Positions 54,205 through 64,000 of a DNA stretch of 64,000 nucleotides are shown here, in pieces. The stretch spans positions 1,536,001 through 1,600,000 of the forward strand of contig CAVOVB010000001.1 in NCBI GenBank assembly GCA_963699755.1, read 5' to 3'. Under the pieces are notes generated by a model. That model searched no databases. It was not told the origin of the DNA and worked only from the letters and a program-made list of their open reading frames with translations. The stretch comes from an uncultured delta proteobacterium (GTDB taxonomy: Bacteria > Myxococcota_A > Polyangia > Polyangiales > Houyiibacteriaceae). Position 1 is the stretch's first letter; every line of letters begins with the position of its first letter. Both the position numbers and the translations under genes were made by a program.

Positions 54205-54786
54205 TCAGTCGAGCGATTGGAGCGCGATGGAGGCGACCTCTCGAAGGGCCCGTGCGCTGGCCCCGGCCTTGGCCATGGTCTTGAGTCCGCTCAACGTCGT
54301 GAGACAGTATCGAGCCAAGGGGCGGGCGGGCTTGCTCTTCGGAATGCGTCCTTCGCGCTGGGCACGCTCGACTGCGGCCACGAAGGCGGCCTCGAATCGC
54401 TTGTGCTCCTTGGTGACCAAGTCGGCGAGGCTCGGGTCACGTTGGGCGAACTCGTTTGCGGTGTTCATCACGAGGCAACCGCGTTGTTCTTCCCTGCGAG
54501 CGACACCCTCGGCGACGCCGTTCAGCGAGCTCGCGATGAAATCGTACCCAGAAGGGGCGTCGTTTAGCTGCTGCCGCATGCTGTCGACGACTCGGTCGGC
54601 GTAGCGACGTATGCAGCGCTCGAAGAGCTCGTGCTTGCTCTCGAAGCTCTGATAGAAGCTGCTCTTGGAAAGACCCGTCGCGTCGAGCAAATCTTGAAGC
54701 GAAGTGGCCTCATACCCTTTGGCCCAGAACAGCTCCATCGCGGTTTCCAGCGCGGCGCTGCGGTCGAACTCCAAGGGCCTCGGCAT
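54205..54786 (-). CDS. TetR/AcrR regulator (NemR/ComR-like)
   Basis: RPLEFDR, FWAKGYEATS and GCLVMNTA.E. Confidence 0.9.
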   Translation of the reverse strand: MPRPLEFDRSAALETAMELFWAKGYEATSLQDLLDATGLSKSSFYQSFESKHELFERCIRRYADRVVDSMRQQLNDAPSGYDFIASSLNGVAEGVARREEQRGCLVMNTANEFAQRDPSLADLVTKEHKRFEAAFVAAVERAQREGRIPKSKPARPLARYCLTTLSGLKTMAKAGASARALREVASIALQSLD

Positions 54787-54800
54787 GACAGTTTCTTGTA

Positions 54801-54818
54801 TAGGACCGAACGGTCCTA
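54801..54818. promoter_or_regulatory. Putative TetR autoregulatory operator
   Basis: TAGGACCG-AA-CGGTCCTA, 15 bp upstream of the tetR start. Confidence 0.75.
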
Positions 54819-55152
54819 AATGTCAAGTCGGCTCGAGAAGGATTCGGCAGCGCAAACATTTGGGACTTCCACCGAACAGCACGATTGCGGCCGCCAATCA
54901 CACGAAGGGAATCTGCAACTGCCACGCCATCCAGAGAGCCCCCGCGCAGAGCGTAAAGAGGGTGACGATTCGGTTCATGGTTTCGTGGTGCATGGACCAT
55001 GCTTGTCGCTCCGCTGCTTTGCGACCCATGGAATGAAGCCCTAAGAGAACCCTCGTGATTCCTGAAGACATCGACCTCGAAGACCTGAGACGCAAGCTGT
55101 CCGCCTGAGTCGCGCAAGGCATGGCGACGCGACATCACAGGGCACACCTTTG

Positions 55153-56325
55153 TCATCCGCTCGTTGGGCGTTTGTCGGGCTGCCGGGGCGCTCGTCCACT
55201 CACGCTCAGCTTGTCGACGACCCGCTCGACCCCATCTTGTCCATGGACGAGCTGCTTGATCTTATCGCGGACGCCCGCTCTTGGGACACGGCCCGAAACG
55301 ACGGCAACGTTGCCGAAAACCGCGAGGTCGAGTGAGAGATTCTGGTATCTGGTATGGAGGACGTCACGGACTCGTCGAGCGAGTGCCTTGTCCTGCTTCT
55401 TCCCGCGCGCGGAAACGACTAAATAGTCGCGCACGCGGCGAACACCGCGAACCTGCTTGATCAGATCGAGGGCGCGTGACGCTTCCTGCTTGTCTCGGAC
55501 GGAGCCGGTCACCGTGACTTCGCCAGAGCGAACCGATATGGCGAGGGTGGTCCCCTCGACCATGACAGCGTGACGAATCACTTCGCGAACCGCCTTGGCG
55601 GTCGCCCGGTCTCCACGCGCCTGCCCGGTGATCTCGACACCGTCGGCGAGCACGTCCTCGACGCCCGGAATGTCGGCGACGATCTGCCGAGCGAGCTCCA
55701 GCTTCCACAGTGCGTCGAGGCTTCCCTTGAGAACCATGAATCGGCGGCAAGCTTCGACGCCAAGACGCGCTCCGAAGGGCACCGCCTCGGAGTTGAGATG
55801 GGCGCGCGCAGTCTCCTCCAGCGCGATTTCGGCCGGGGACTTGGCGCGGCCCCAGCTCGCCACGGTGGGGGCGGACACGCGAAACAGCGTCCGCTTCAAT
55901 GGCTGGCGATCCGCAGGCCATTCAAAGACGGCTTCGACGCCGTCGCCATAAAGCTTACGGACGGTTCGAGTTGGAAGTGGACCCTCCATGACGACGAAGA
56001 TCGGAACCTGCGCGCCTTCTGAACCGAAGCGGCGAGCGAAACCCGAGACGGACAGGTTGGGAATCGGGGGAACGACGACGAGGGCCTTCGTGACTTCGTC
56101 GATCGCGCCGTGGGCTGCCTCCGGGGTATCCACCCGCCGGCACAGCACTCCAAGCTCACGAATCGATCGGGTGATGTGCTTCGACAACTCGCTCTGACCC
56201 AGCACCAGGACGTTGCGGCGCCCTGAGAGCTTGGGTGCGGGGGGCTTGCGGCGTGCCGAACGCGCCGATGCTTTGGGCCGGCGTCGCCGTGGCTGTCTAG
56301 AGCGGGCTCCCTCGGGGCTGCTCAT
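55153..56325 (-). CDS. BON-domain protein with a receiver-like N-terminus
   Basis: Three BON-like repeats (IPGVEDV, VRGVRRVRDYL, DGVERVVDKL). Confidence 0.75.
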   Translation of the reverse strand: MSSPEGARSRQPRRRRPKASARSARRKPPAPKLSGRRNVLVLGQSELSKHITRSIRELGVLCRRVDTPEAAHGAIDEVTKALVVVPPIPNLSVSGFARRFGSEGAQVPIFVVMEGPLPTRTVRKLYGDGVEAVFEWPADRQPLKRTLFRVSAPTVASWGRAKSPAEIALEETARAHLNSEAVPFGARLGVEACRRFMVLKGSLDALWKLELARQIVADIPGVEDVLADGVEITGQARGDRATAKAVREVIRHAVMVEGTTLAISVRSGEVTVTGSVRDKQEASRALDLIKQVRGVRRVRDYLVVSARGKKQDKALARRVRDVLHTRYQNLSLDLAVFGNVAVVSGRVPRAGVRDKIKQLVHGQDGVERVVDKLSVSGRAPRQPDKRPTSG

Positions 56326-57242
56326 GACGCCTCCTTCGAATGGCCGTTGAACGCGCTTGGTGGAAGTGAATCAGCGAGTGGCTGGCCGCCACGGACACCG
56401 AAGTCCAACGTACGAATGGGGAACGGAATCACGATCTCGTTCTCGTCGAACGCCTTCTTGATCGCGAGGATCGCGCGACTTCGCGCGTCGAGAAAATCCG
56501 GATGCTTCGCGTAGTCGACCCAGAAGCGGCCGACCAAGTCGATCGAGCTGCTCCCAAATCCGGTGAAGAATACCTCAACGTTCCGGGAGCGGTCCCGGCT
56601 CTCGATACCCTCGAGTGTCTCCGCGACGAGCTGCTTCACCTTCTCGAGATCGTCGCCATAGGAGACGCCGCACTCGAGGTCGATACGCCGGGTCCCCGAA
56701 GCAGAGTAGTTCATGACTTTGTTTTGATAGATCTGCTTGTTGGGAATGACCGCCATCTTTCCGTCTAGCGTCCGAATGATCGACGTTCGGAGATAGATCT
56801 TCTGCACCACGCCGAACACATCGTTGGTCTCGACGACATCGCCGATCTTGAACGGCCAGCGCTGATGGATCGCGAGGCCGACACCCGAGATGAGGTTCCC
56901 GGCGAGGTCTTGAAAGGCAAAACCGATCGCCAACCCTACGATACCCGCACCGGCGAGAATGGAAGCAAGCGCCTTGTCGAGATTCATCACCCCGAGTGCG
57001 ACGACCAGACCGGCCAGCAGCACCCCGATCCGGATGATGCGTGAGATCAGATCGCGAGCGGCTTGGTGAGTATCGAAGCGCCTCAGGGCCCGATCGCTGG
57101 CGCTGCACGCCACTCGTGCCGCGAGCCAGAATAGACCGAGCACGAGCAGCGCCACAACGATGTTGGGAAGCATTTCGCCGACCGTATCGGCCCATTTGGA
57201 GAGCTTCCCCATCACATCCGGATAGACTTCCTCGAGCGGCAT
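56322..57242 (-). CDS. mscS: Small-conductance mechanosensitive channel
   Basis: GIVGLAIGFAFQD, PFKIGD and IPFPIRT. Confidence 0.9.
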   Translation of the reverse strand: MPLEEVYPDVMGKLSKWADTVGEMLPNIVVALLVLGLFWLAARVACSASDRALRRFDTHQAARDLISRIIRIGVLLAGLVVALGVMNLDKALASILAGAGIVGLAIGFAFQDLAGNLISGVGLAIHQRWPFKIGDVVETNDVFGVVQKIYLRTSIIRTLDGKMAVIPNKQIYQNKVMNYSASGTRRIDLECGVSYGDDLEKVKQLVAETLEGIESRDRSRNVEVFFTGFGSSSIDLVGRFWVDYAKHPDFLDARSRAILAIKKAFDENEIVIPFPIRTLDFGVRGGQPLADSLPPSAFNGHSKEAS

Positions 57243-57251
57243 CAGGCAGCC

Positions 57252-57737
57252 TTATACGTTCAGGTGACTCTCGAGGAACCACATGTCGAGCTCGGTTCCT
57301 CGCAGGATTTCGATGCAAAGGTCCTCGGTCGCGGGATCTTCGAGGTCTGCGGCCTCCCGCACGGCGTCGCGGACGAGGCGATTGTATTCGCTGTATCGAT
57401 CGACGAGCGTCTTGATGTGATGCTTTCCATCAACGGCGCGGAGGTCATACTCAGGAAGCTTCGAACGTTCCGCGCTCTGCCGCGTCGTGCCCATCGCGTA
57501 GCCTCCGAGAGTTGCGGCTCGCTCGGCGGTCACGTCGGCGTAGTCGAGGAGCTTCGCGGCCAGACTGTCGAAGAGCTCGTGTCGCGCAACGAACTGCGGC
57601 CCCTTGATATTCCAGTGAGCTTGCTTGACTTGAGTACGAAGGTCCGACGTGGTCGCGAGGACGGTGTTCAGGGTATCGACGAGCTTGGTCTTGGTTTCCT
57701 CCGGTAGTGAAACGTGGTTTGCGAATCGAGTGGGCAT
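57252..57737 (-). CDS. dps: DNA starvation/stationary-phase protection protein Dps
   Basis: KQAHWNIKGPQF..RHELFD, AER and WFLESH. Confidence 0.93.
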   Translation of the reverse strand: MPTRFANHVSLPEETKTKLVDTLNTVLATTSDLRTQVKQAHWNIKGPQFVARHELFDSLAAKLLDYADVTAERAATLGGYAMGTTRQSAERSKLPEYDLRAVDGKHHIKTLVDRYSEYNRLVRDAVREAADLEDPATEDLCIEILRGTELDMWFLESHLNV

Positions 57738-57804
57738 GAAATGTTGGTTCCTTTCTGGAATGAGGTGAAGTGTTGAGAACGGTTCATCGGTCGCTCGAAC
57801 CCAA

Positions 57805-58125
57805 TCAGTTGCTGGGCATCACGATTTGATTCGCGAGTTTCTGAAAGCGCATTCGGAGATCCTTTCCGGCCCGGACGAGGTCTTCTTGCGTCCGTTCGAC
57901 GGCATCTTCCACCTCGGCGCTGAATCGTTTGGCTTCGCGCTCGAGCATCCTGCGGGTGTCCTGCACCTCGGCGCTCGCGCCCTTCGACTTCATCCGGATC
58001 TCGTGTGCCGTTCGTGAGAGCTCGCTGCGGAGCCGGTTCAGCTCCTCGGAGACGTTCTCGCCAACGGTGGGCTCCGACGGTTTGTGGTTTTCGTTGTTGG
58101 ATTCGTTGGTGATGGTTTCTTCCAT
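57805..58125 (-). CDS. Hypothetical coiled-coil protein
   Basis: AAGGA RBS, co-oriented with dps. Confidence 0.65.
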   Translation of the reverse strand: MEETITNESNNENHKPSEPTVGENVSEELNRLRSELSRTAHEIRMKSKGASAEVQDTRRMLEREAKRFSAEVEDAVERTQEDLVRAGKDLRMRFQKLANQIVMPSN

Positions 58126-58512
58126 GGTTTGGTTGGTTCCTTTCTGCTGATGGAATGCATTTCGATCCGAGCGCGAAGCCGCAATGGTCCGCTGAACCGA
58201 CGCTCAATGAGCCGGCTTTGAGAACACAGAGCCACGGCCGCTGCGGCGGTCGATTGCGTTCAGCTTGGTTGAAGCGTTTGCAGGATGTGAAAATCGACTG
58301 CGCGACACCTCATGTGTTTCCTAAGCATAGCGCACTGGGCCAAAAACGCAAGGTTTTTGACCAATTTTCCCTATTCACCTCCGCCGTCGGCGACCCGATG
58401 AAGCAGTCCAGCGGCCGCCCGATGGACGTCGGAGATTGCCACAACGCCCTTTTTCATTCTGGTCACCGTAAACGAAATGAGCGCACCCGTGGCCCTCGCA
58501 AAATTCCGCCAG

Positions 58513-59091
58513 TCACATCGAATCGGTTTGCGGAGTTCCTCGCAGTCGCTGATACGCGAAGGTCATCACGATCAAGCTGAACGGTGTTGCGAGGAGTGAG
58601 CCGAAAATGATCGAGCCGCCGATCGCGTTTAGGACGGCCACGATCAGGAGCAGCACGAAACTTGGGGCGAGGTTCTCCTTGATGATCGTGTAGCTCTGTC
58701 CAATCGCTGCCGTCGCACCGGCGCCATCGATCGCGATCGCATGGAAGGTGAACGCGGTGATGAAGGCGAAGATCACGCCCGGTAGCACGAGCAACATCGA
58801 ACCGACGATGACGCCTACGCCAATGAGAATCATGGCGATTAGACTCGCGCCAAATTCGGAAAACCCGTCGAACACGTCGGTGGCGGTGCCCTCCTCGCCG
58901 CGCATTCGCTTACTGACCAGTTTGATGAATCCGACAATCATGGGCCCAGCACACACGCCTAGGCTCACGGCCGAGATCACGAACATCAGTAGAGTGGCGA
59001 CGACGTAGAGCACGACATCGTCCTTGAAAAGTGCCCAACTCTCGCGCAGTGAGCTCTCTACGAGGTTCTCGGTTTGAATCGCTTCGGACAT
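58513..59091 (-). CDS. Integral membrane protein
   Basis: GGAGG RBS, several TM segments and DVFDGF. Confidence 0.7.
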   Translation of the reverse strand: MSEAIQTENLVESSLRESWALFKDDVVLYVVATLLMFVISAVSLGVCAGPMIVGFIKLVSKRMRGEEGTATDVFDGFSEFGASLIAMILIGVGVIVGSMLLVLPGVIFAFITAFTFHAIAIDGAGATAAIGQSYTIIKENLAPSFVLLLIVAVLNAIGGSIIFGSLLATPFSLIVMTFAYQRLRGTPQTDSM

Positions 59092-59143
59092 TGGCACCTC
59101 CTTCACGAGATGAAGCCATGGATGCAGGCTATACTCCACGCTG

Positions 59144-59851
59144 ATGCGGGAACAACGATTTGCTAGCATCAACGTTCGGTTGACGGGAGGCGAGGATCGC
59201 GAAGGCGGCGGCGATGGACCGCTCGTCGTACTGATGCATGGCTTCGGTGCGCCCGGGACCGACTTGGTTGGTCTGTGGCGAGTGCTCGATGTGCCCCACC
59301 ATGTCCGCTTCGCGTTTCCCGAGGCCCCGCACGCGATCCCCGGGCTGTTCGGTGCACGCGCGTGGTGGATGATCGATTTCGCACGCGCCGAGCAAGCGAT
59401 GGCGGCTGGGCCGCGAAGCTACGCCCGGGAGATTCCGCCTGGGATGGAGGAAGCGACCGATGGAGTAGTCGAAATGATCGAGGCACTTCAACGCGACCTT
59501 GGTGTGCCGAGCGAGGGCCTGATAGTCGGGGGGTTTTCTCAAGGTTCGATGGCGGCATGCAATGCCGTGTTCACCAGAAACATCACCCCTGGCGGCTTGG
59601 TGATCCTCTCGGGCACGCCTGTGAATCTGGAAGCGTGGAAGGCCGGGATGGCATCGAAACGCGGAGTTCCCGTCTTTCAAAGCCATGGGCAGAACGACCC
59701 GCTGCTCTCGTTCCAGGCAGCCGAACAGCTGCGCGACGAGATGCGCGAGGCCGGCCTTTCGACCGAGTGGGTTCCCTTTCGAGGCGGCCACGAGATACCG
59801 ATGGCCGTCCTCGAAGCGCTTGGCCGATTCTTGTCGACGACGAGCGATTAG
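59144..59851 (+). CDS. Phospholipase/carboxylesterase
   Basis: MHGFGA, GGFSQG, HGQNDP and GGHEI. Confidence 0.9.
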   Translation: MREQRFASINVRLTGGEDREGGGDGPLVVLMHGFGAPGTDLVGLWRVLDVPHHVRFAFPEAPHAIPGLFGARAWWMIDFARAEQAMAAGPRSYAREIPPGMEEATDGVVEMIEALQRDLGVPSEGLIVGGFSQGSMAACNAVFTRNITPGGLVILSGTPVNLEAWKAGMASKRGVPVFQSHGQNDPLLSFQAAEQLRDEMREAGLSTEWVPFRGGHEIPMAVLEALGRFLSTTSD

Positions 59852-60737
59852 TTTCCGGGCGCGTCTAGCGCCAGGGTCTCCTCCTCGCGTCCCCGTACGA
59901 CCCGCTTGCCTGCAAGTGGTCCGCGGTACTCGGTGACGATGGTGCATTGGCCTTCGTGGCCGTCGCGCTCGAAGTAGATCACCACCCAGTCCCGAACGCG
60001 GCCGAGCTCGTGGGCCCGGTCCGTGTTGGAGTAGAGCGCGGTGAAATGCCAACCCTCGTCGTAGCTGTGAAGGATGGGCAGCCAGGCGGCGCCATCGGGG
60101 TTGTTTCGCTGAGGGGCGATGCGAGGGAGCTCGCCCGCTTCGGCTTTCTCCCGGTAGTCTCGATCGATCTCCAGCAACAGGGTGACATCCGGTTTGGCTT
60201 CGGCGGTCGCGGGACCGGTGACCTTGGCTCCCGCTTCTCGTAAATCTTCGAATCTGCGTGCCCTTCCGCGCGCAGAGCGTGTCAGCATCGTCGCCAGGAT
60301 GTCGCGAACGGCCTCGAGCCTTCGCGGGCCGAAGCCAGCCACCGCGTCGAGTCGTCCGTCGTGTGCGGCGACCTCCAAGGCTTCGAGCGTGTCGATGTCG
60401 AGCTCTCGGTGAATCCGCTCCGCGAGCTCTTCGCCGACGCCCGGGATCGTCTTGAACAACTCGACCGCCGAGAGCGTCCCCTCGAGCCGGCCCAGCATGC
60501 GCAGCTTCCCCGTATGCGCGATTTCGTCGATCGAGCCGGAGAGGCTCTTGCCGATTTGCGGGAGTGCATCGAGGCCTTCGCGTCCTTCGGTGAGCGCGAG
60601 GTCTTGAATGCTGCTCGGGTGCGCTCGAACCACCGCGGCTCCTGCTCGGTACGCATCGATTCGATACATGTTGGCGTGCTGCGTTTCGAGACGGTCGGCC
60701 ACGCGCTCTAGGAGCGCAGCGATTTGCTCGTTCGTCA
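59848..60737 (-). CDS. Helix-hairpin-helix DNA-binding protein (PolX N-terminal-like)
   Basis: NEQIA..LE..A..L, YR..AYR, IPGVG and FTALYSNT..AH; start uncertain. Confidence 0.75.
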
Positions 60738-60851
60738 CGACTGGTGGGCCGGAATCCACGCGTGAATGTAGCCAGCAGATCGTGGCAAAGGCAATAGCCG
60801 ATGAACCTCTGGCGCTACGTTCCAGATCGGATAAAGCTTCCGCCTCCATCC

Positions 60852-61523
60852 ATGCCGAACAACCCGAGCTCCCACACCGCGGCCTTTTTCGATCTCGATC
60901 GGACGCTGCTCGACATGAACAGCTCGACGCTTTGGGCCAAGCACGAGCTTCTCGCGGGCAGCATTTCGATTCGGCAGTTCGGCCGCGTGCTGGTTTGGAA
61001 CGTGCTCTATCATCTTTCGCTCATCGACATCGACACGGCATTCAAGGAAGCGGTTGGACACTATCGCGGAAGGTCGTACGAAGGGCTCGACGCGGAGACA
61101 CGCAACTGGTTCGCGCGCGAGGTCGCGCACCATCTTCGCCCCGGAGCCCGGTGCGCTCTGCGCGAGCACAGAGAGCAAGGGCATCATCTCGTTCTACTGA
61201 CCAGCGCATCCGCATTCGCGTCGCGCGCTGCGCGCGACACCTGGATGCTCGACGACTTCCTTGCCAACGACTTTCCGGCCGACGAGGAAGGGAGACTTCG
61301 CGGAACGTTCGTGCCCCCGCTTTGCCACGGGCCTGGAAAGGTCAAACGGGCGCGAGCTTGGGCCTCGGAGCGAAGCATCGACCTCGCCGACTGTTACTTC
61401 TATACCGACTCCTACAGCGACGCTCCCATGTTGAAGGCGGTTGGGTATCCTCGTGTCGTGAGTCCCGATCCGAGGTTGAAGCGTGCTGCCCGGCAACGAG
61501 GCTGGCCCATCCTGCAATGGTGA
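60852..61523 (+). CDS. HAD-IB family hydrolase
   Basis: FFDLDRTL and YTDSYSDAPML. Confidence 0.88.
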   Translation: MPNNPSSHTAAFFDLDRTLLDMNSSTLWAKHELLAGSISIRQFGRVLVWNVLYHLSLIDIDTAFKEAVGHYRGRSYEGLDAETRNWFAREVAHHLRPGARCALREHREQGHHLVLLTSASAFASRAARDTWMLDDFLANDFPADEEGRLRGTFVPPLCHGPGKVKRARAWASERSIDLADCYFYTDSYSDAPMLKAVGYPRVVSPDPRLKRAARQRGWPILQW

Positions 61524-62710
61524 GCACGACGCCCGGCTGGCTCGAAGGCTAGCGCTTGGCTCGCCTCGTCCATCGCTTCGGGCGGGAGGACACCTCGATC
61601 TTGGAAGCCCTCCAATGCCTCCCGGAACGCTTGTGCGCGACGGTTCTGAACGATGTGGCCACCGGGGAACTTGATGAGCTCGGTGCCGAAGTGGTCAGCG
61701 AGGCGGCGGCCGTGTTCCACGGTCGCGAGGCGATCGTACTCTCCTGAAACGATCGAGACGCGTTCTGGTCCGACCTTGGGCATGCGGCAGACCGGTGTGA
61801 TGGGAGCGAGCTGCTCGCGATAGCCTTCGTAGAGCGTTCGCTGGATGTCGCCGGTGCCTGGCACGAGGTCGTTGTCATTCATGACGTCGGCTACGCTACA
61901 GATCGGAATGTAGGCGAGCACGAAGTCGACGTCCGACGTGACCGTGGCCAGAAGAGACGCCGTGTAGCCACCGAGGCTCATGCCAACGACTCCGACGTGG
62001 CTTGCGCCCGCGTCTCGCATCGCGCGAATCGCGATCTGCAAGTCCCAGATGGCCTGACGGAAGCCTTCGATCGTGAAGGCCGTATCTTGCTGCGGCCACT
62101 CGGGTGGAAACGCGTGTCCGCGTCGCCCGTGGAAGGGGAGGGCAAAGAGCGAAACTCCAACCCCTTGGCGAAAGAACTCACGCATCGGCCATGCGACGCG
62201 TTCCATCAGATGGTGGCCGGACGAAAAGCCGTTCACGAGGATCGCCATCGGCTTCCCCTTGATCCGCAGATTCAGCGTCCGGAGCAGCGCGGTCTGGTTG
62301 TCTCGGTGACTCCGATACTCGCGTTTGACGTCTTTGAAGAGCAGCGGGTGGGCGCTGTGCCAACTCCATTCCGCATAGCCGACCCGCTGCGGCGCCAGCC
62401 AGCGTTTCCGGATGGCGATTCGCCCCGGGCTCGGGAAAAGATCGCGTGGGCGATGGCGGTACCGGCTGTAGTCATCGCTCGACGCAAACGCCGTCAGGTC
62501 GTGCACCAGCTCCGGAGGGTCTTTCAAATCCGACGGCTGAAGTTTGCTGATCTGAGAGACGAGGAAGCCGTCGACTCGGTACGCGAGCTTCGGAATCAGT
62601 CCTCTCGGCTTACCGATCGCTGCGAGCTCGGCGCCACCGCTCTTGAGAGAAATCCCGCTTGCTCTGCCAAGGTCCGGAGCATCCCAAGTTTGCTGAGCTT
62701 CACGCACCAT
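61412..62710 (-). CDS. Alpha/beta hydrolase
   Basis: LPFHGRR, GMSLGG and FPGGH. Confidence 0.8.
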   Translation of the reverse strand: MVREAQQTWDAPDLGRASGISLKSGGAELAAIGKPRGLIPKLAYRVDGFLVSQISKLQPSDLKDPPELVHDLTAFASSDDYSRYRHRPRDLFPSPGRIAIRKRWLAPQRVGYAEWSWHSAHPLLFKDVKREYRSHRDNQTALLRTLNLRIKGKPMAILVNGFSSGHHLMERVAWPMREFFRQGVGVSLFALPFHGRRGHAFPPEWPQQDTAFTIEGFRQAIWDLQIAIRAMRDAGASHVGVVGMSLGGYTASLLATVTSDVDFVLAYIPICSVADVMNDNDLVPGTGDIQRTLYEGYREQLAPITPVCRMPKVGPERVSIVSGEYDRLATVEHGRRLADHFGTELIKFPGGHIVQNRRAQAFREALEGFQDRGVLPPEAMDEASQALAFEPAGRRAHHCRMGQPRCRAARFNLGSGLTTRGYPTAFNMGASL

Positions 62711-62839
62711 CTTCGTCTAGGCCTATATCGGAACCGTGGATTCAGCGCAATGATTGTCGCCCATCGCCGATGAGCGCCGGGCGCAAGATTTGCGCGCGCG
62801 TGGCCACTCCGCGTTTCGGTAGTGGTAAGGTCAGACGAG

Positions 62840-63846
62840 ATGCGCGCAGCTCTTCTCGACAACCCCGCTCCGATCAGAAGGCATCCCCTGCGTCTCGGAG
62901 ATGTCGATGTTCCCGAGCCAGCAGCAGACGAGGTGCGGATCAAAGTACATGCCTGCGGCGTCTGCCGAACCGATCTCCACGTCGTCGAAGGCGATCTCGA
63001 ACCGCAGCGCACACCGATTATTCCGGGTCACCAGGTCGTCGGTACCATCGAATCGCTCGGCTCGCTCCGTGACGGATCAGCAAATCGGCGCGCGGGTCGG
63101 CGTTGCCTGGCTGCACCGCACCTGCGGTTGCTGCTCGTTTTGCACGAGCCAGCGCGAAAACCTCTGCGACTCCCCCGAGTTCACCGGCTGGACCGTTCAC
63201 GGAGGCTTCGCGGAATACCTGGTGGCGCCGGCGAGCTTCACCTACCCACTGCCCGACGGCTTTTCGGACCTGCAAGCGGCGCCCCTCCTTTGCGCTGGCA
63301 TCATCGGCTACCGCTGTCTGTCGAAGACCGGCATCGACGACTGGTCGGGTGCACGCCTCGGGCTCTACGGGTTCGGCGCCGCGGGGCACGTCGCGATCCA
63401 GATCGCGAGAGCGCGCGGAGCCGAGGTCTACGTCTGCACCCGCGATCGTGAACAGCATCAGGCCCTCGCCGAAGAGCTCGGCGCGGTCTGGACGGGCGGC
63501 ACGATGGACAAGCCCCCGGTTGCGCTCGATGCCGGCATCATCTTCGCGCCCGCGGGCGAGATCGTGCCCGCCGCGCTCTCGCACCTCGACAAGGGCGGCA
63601 CCCTCGTGCTTGGCGGCATTCACATGAGCCCGATTCCCAGAGCTCCCGTACGAGCTTCTTTATCGCGAGCGCGTCGTTCGCAGTGTAGCCAACAACACCC
63701 GGGCGGACGGACTCGCGTTCCTCCAAGAGGCCGCAGCAGTCCCCGTGCGGACGCATGTCGAGACATTTCCACTCGAGAATGCCAACGAAGCGCTCGAACG
63801 CCTTAAGCACGATGGAATTCGAGGCGCGGCCGTGCTGACGGTTTAA
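62840..63846 (+). pseudogene. Zn-dependent alcohol dehydrogenase with two frameshifts (real or sequencing error)
   Basis: [23 protein letters not shown]...ENLC and GLYGFG lie in three frames, with shifts near 63065 and 63638. Confidence 0.85.
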
Positions 63847-63848
63847 CG

Positions 63849-63880
63849 AAAAACGCCGCGCTCCGAAGAACGCGGCGTCA
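63849..63880 (-). terminator. Rho-independent terminator
   Basis: Minus strand ACGCCGCGTTC-TTCG-GAGCGCGGCGT followed by a T run. Confidence 0.75.
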
Positions 63881-63901
63881 TTCTGATCAGGCGCGAGCGC
63901 T

Positions 63902-64000
63902 TTACTCAGCGACCTCTGCCATCAGGCGCGCGACAATGTACGGGTCGATGTTCGCGCAAGGGCGACGGTCTTCGAGGTAACCCTTGCCGTCGAGATCGGT
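63902..64000 (-). CDS. Glutamine synthetase (type II-like), 3' end
   Basis: [17 protein letters not shown]. Confidence 0.85.
   Translation of the reverse strand, partial: TDLDGKGYLEDRRPCANIDPYIVARLMAEVAE

Noticed and set aside
58500..58512. AATTCCGCCA as the native tRNA 5' half
   Set aside because: The match is only 10 bp and the flanks do not continue the tRNA sequence.

Overview
GC-rich bacterial DNA whose gene content suggests Myxococcota/Deltaproteobacteria (inference). Most of the window (about 1-55 kb) is an accessory region centred on a tRNA-Leu(TAG) gene at 31454-31536 (-). Two related integrative mobilisable elements sit there as mirror images and share an 8-bp core (AACCTAAA, spanning the anticodon loop) at 24285, 31497 and 52797. 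Element A (24285-31504) duplicates the tRNA 3' half and element B (31497-52804) duplicates the 5' half, so the central tRNA appears to be a hybrid of two mobile-element halves. Each element has xis, a tyrosine integrase that reads through the att core, an IncP-like oriT, and mobC/traJ plus a MOB-P relaxase at the far end; B also has traK/traL/traM-like genes. Excision would fuse each integrase in frame to a ~120-aa tail and rejoin the relaxase genes to the backbone operon. A fixed-length 46-bp site (extending to ~95 bp) occurs 7 times, brackets the cargo of both elements, and has IS110/IS1111 ends at the same offset in two copies. Decayed copies of the same backbone lie further out on both sides. 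Cargo is rich in ion-transport, osmotic and acid-stress genes and has many pseudogenes. The last ~9 kb looks more like ordinary chromosome and ends in a glutamine synthetase 3' end. All calls come from reading the sequence; no searches were run.
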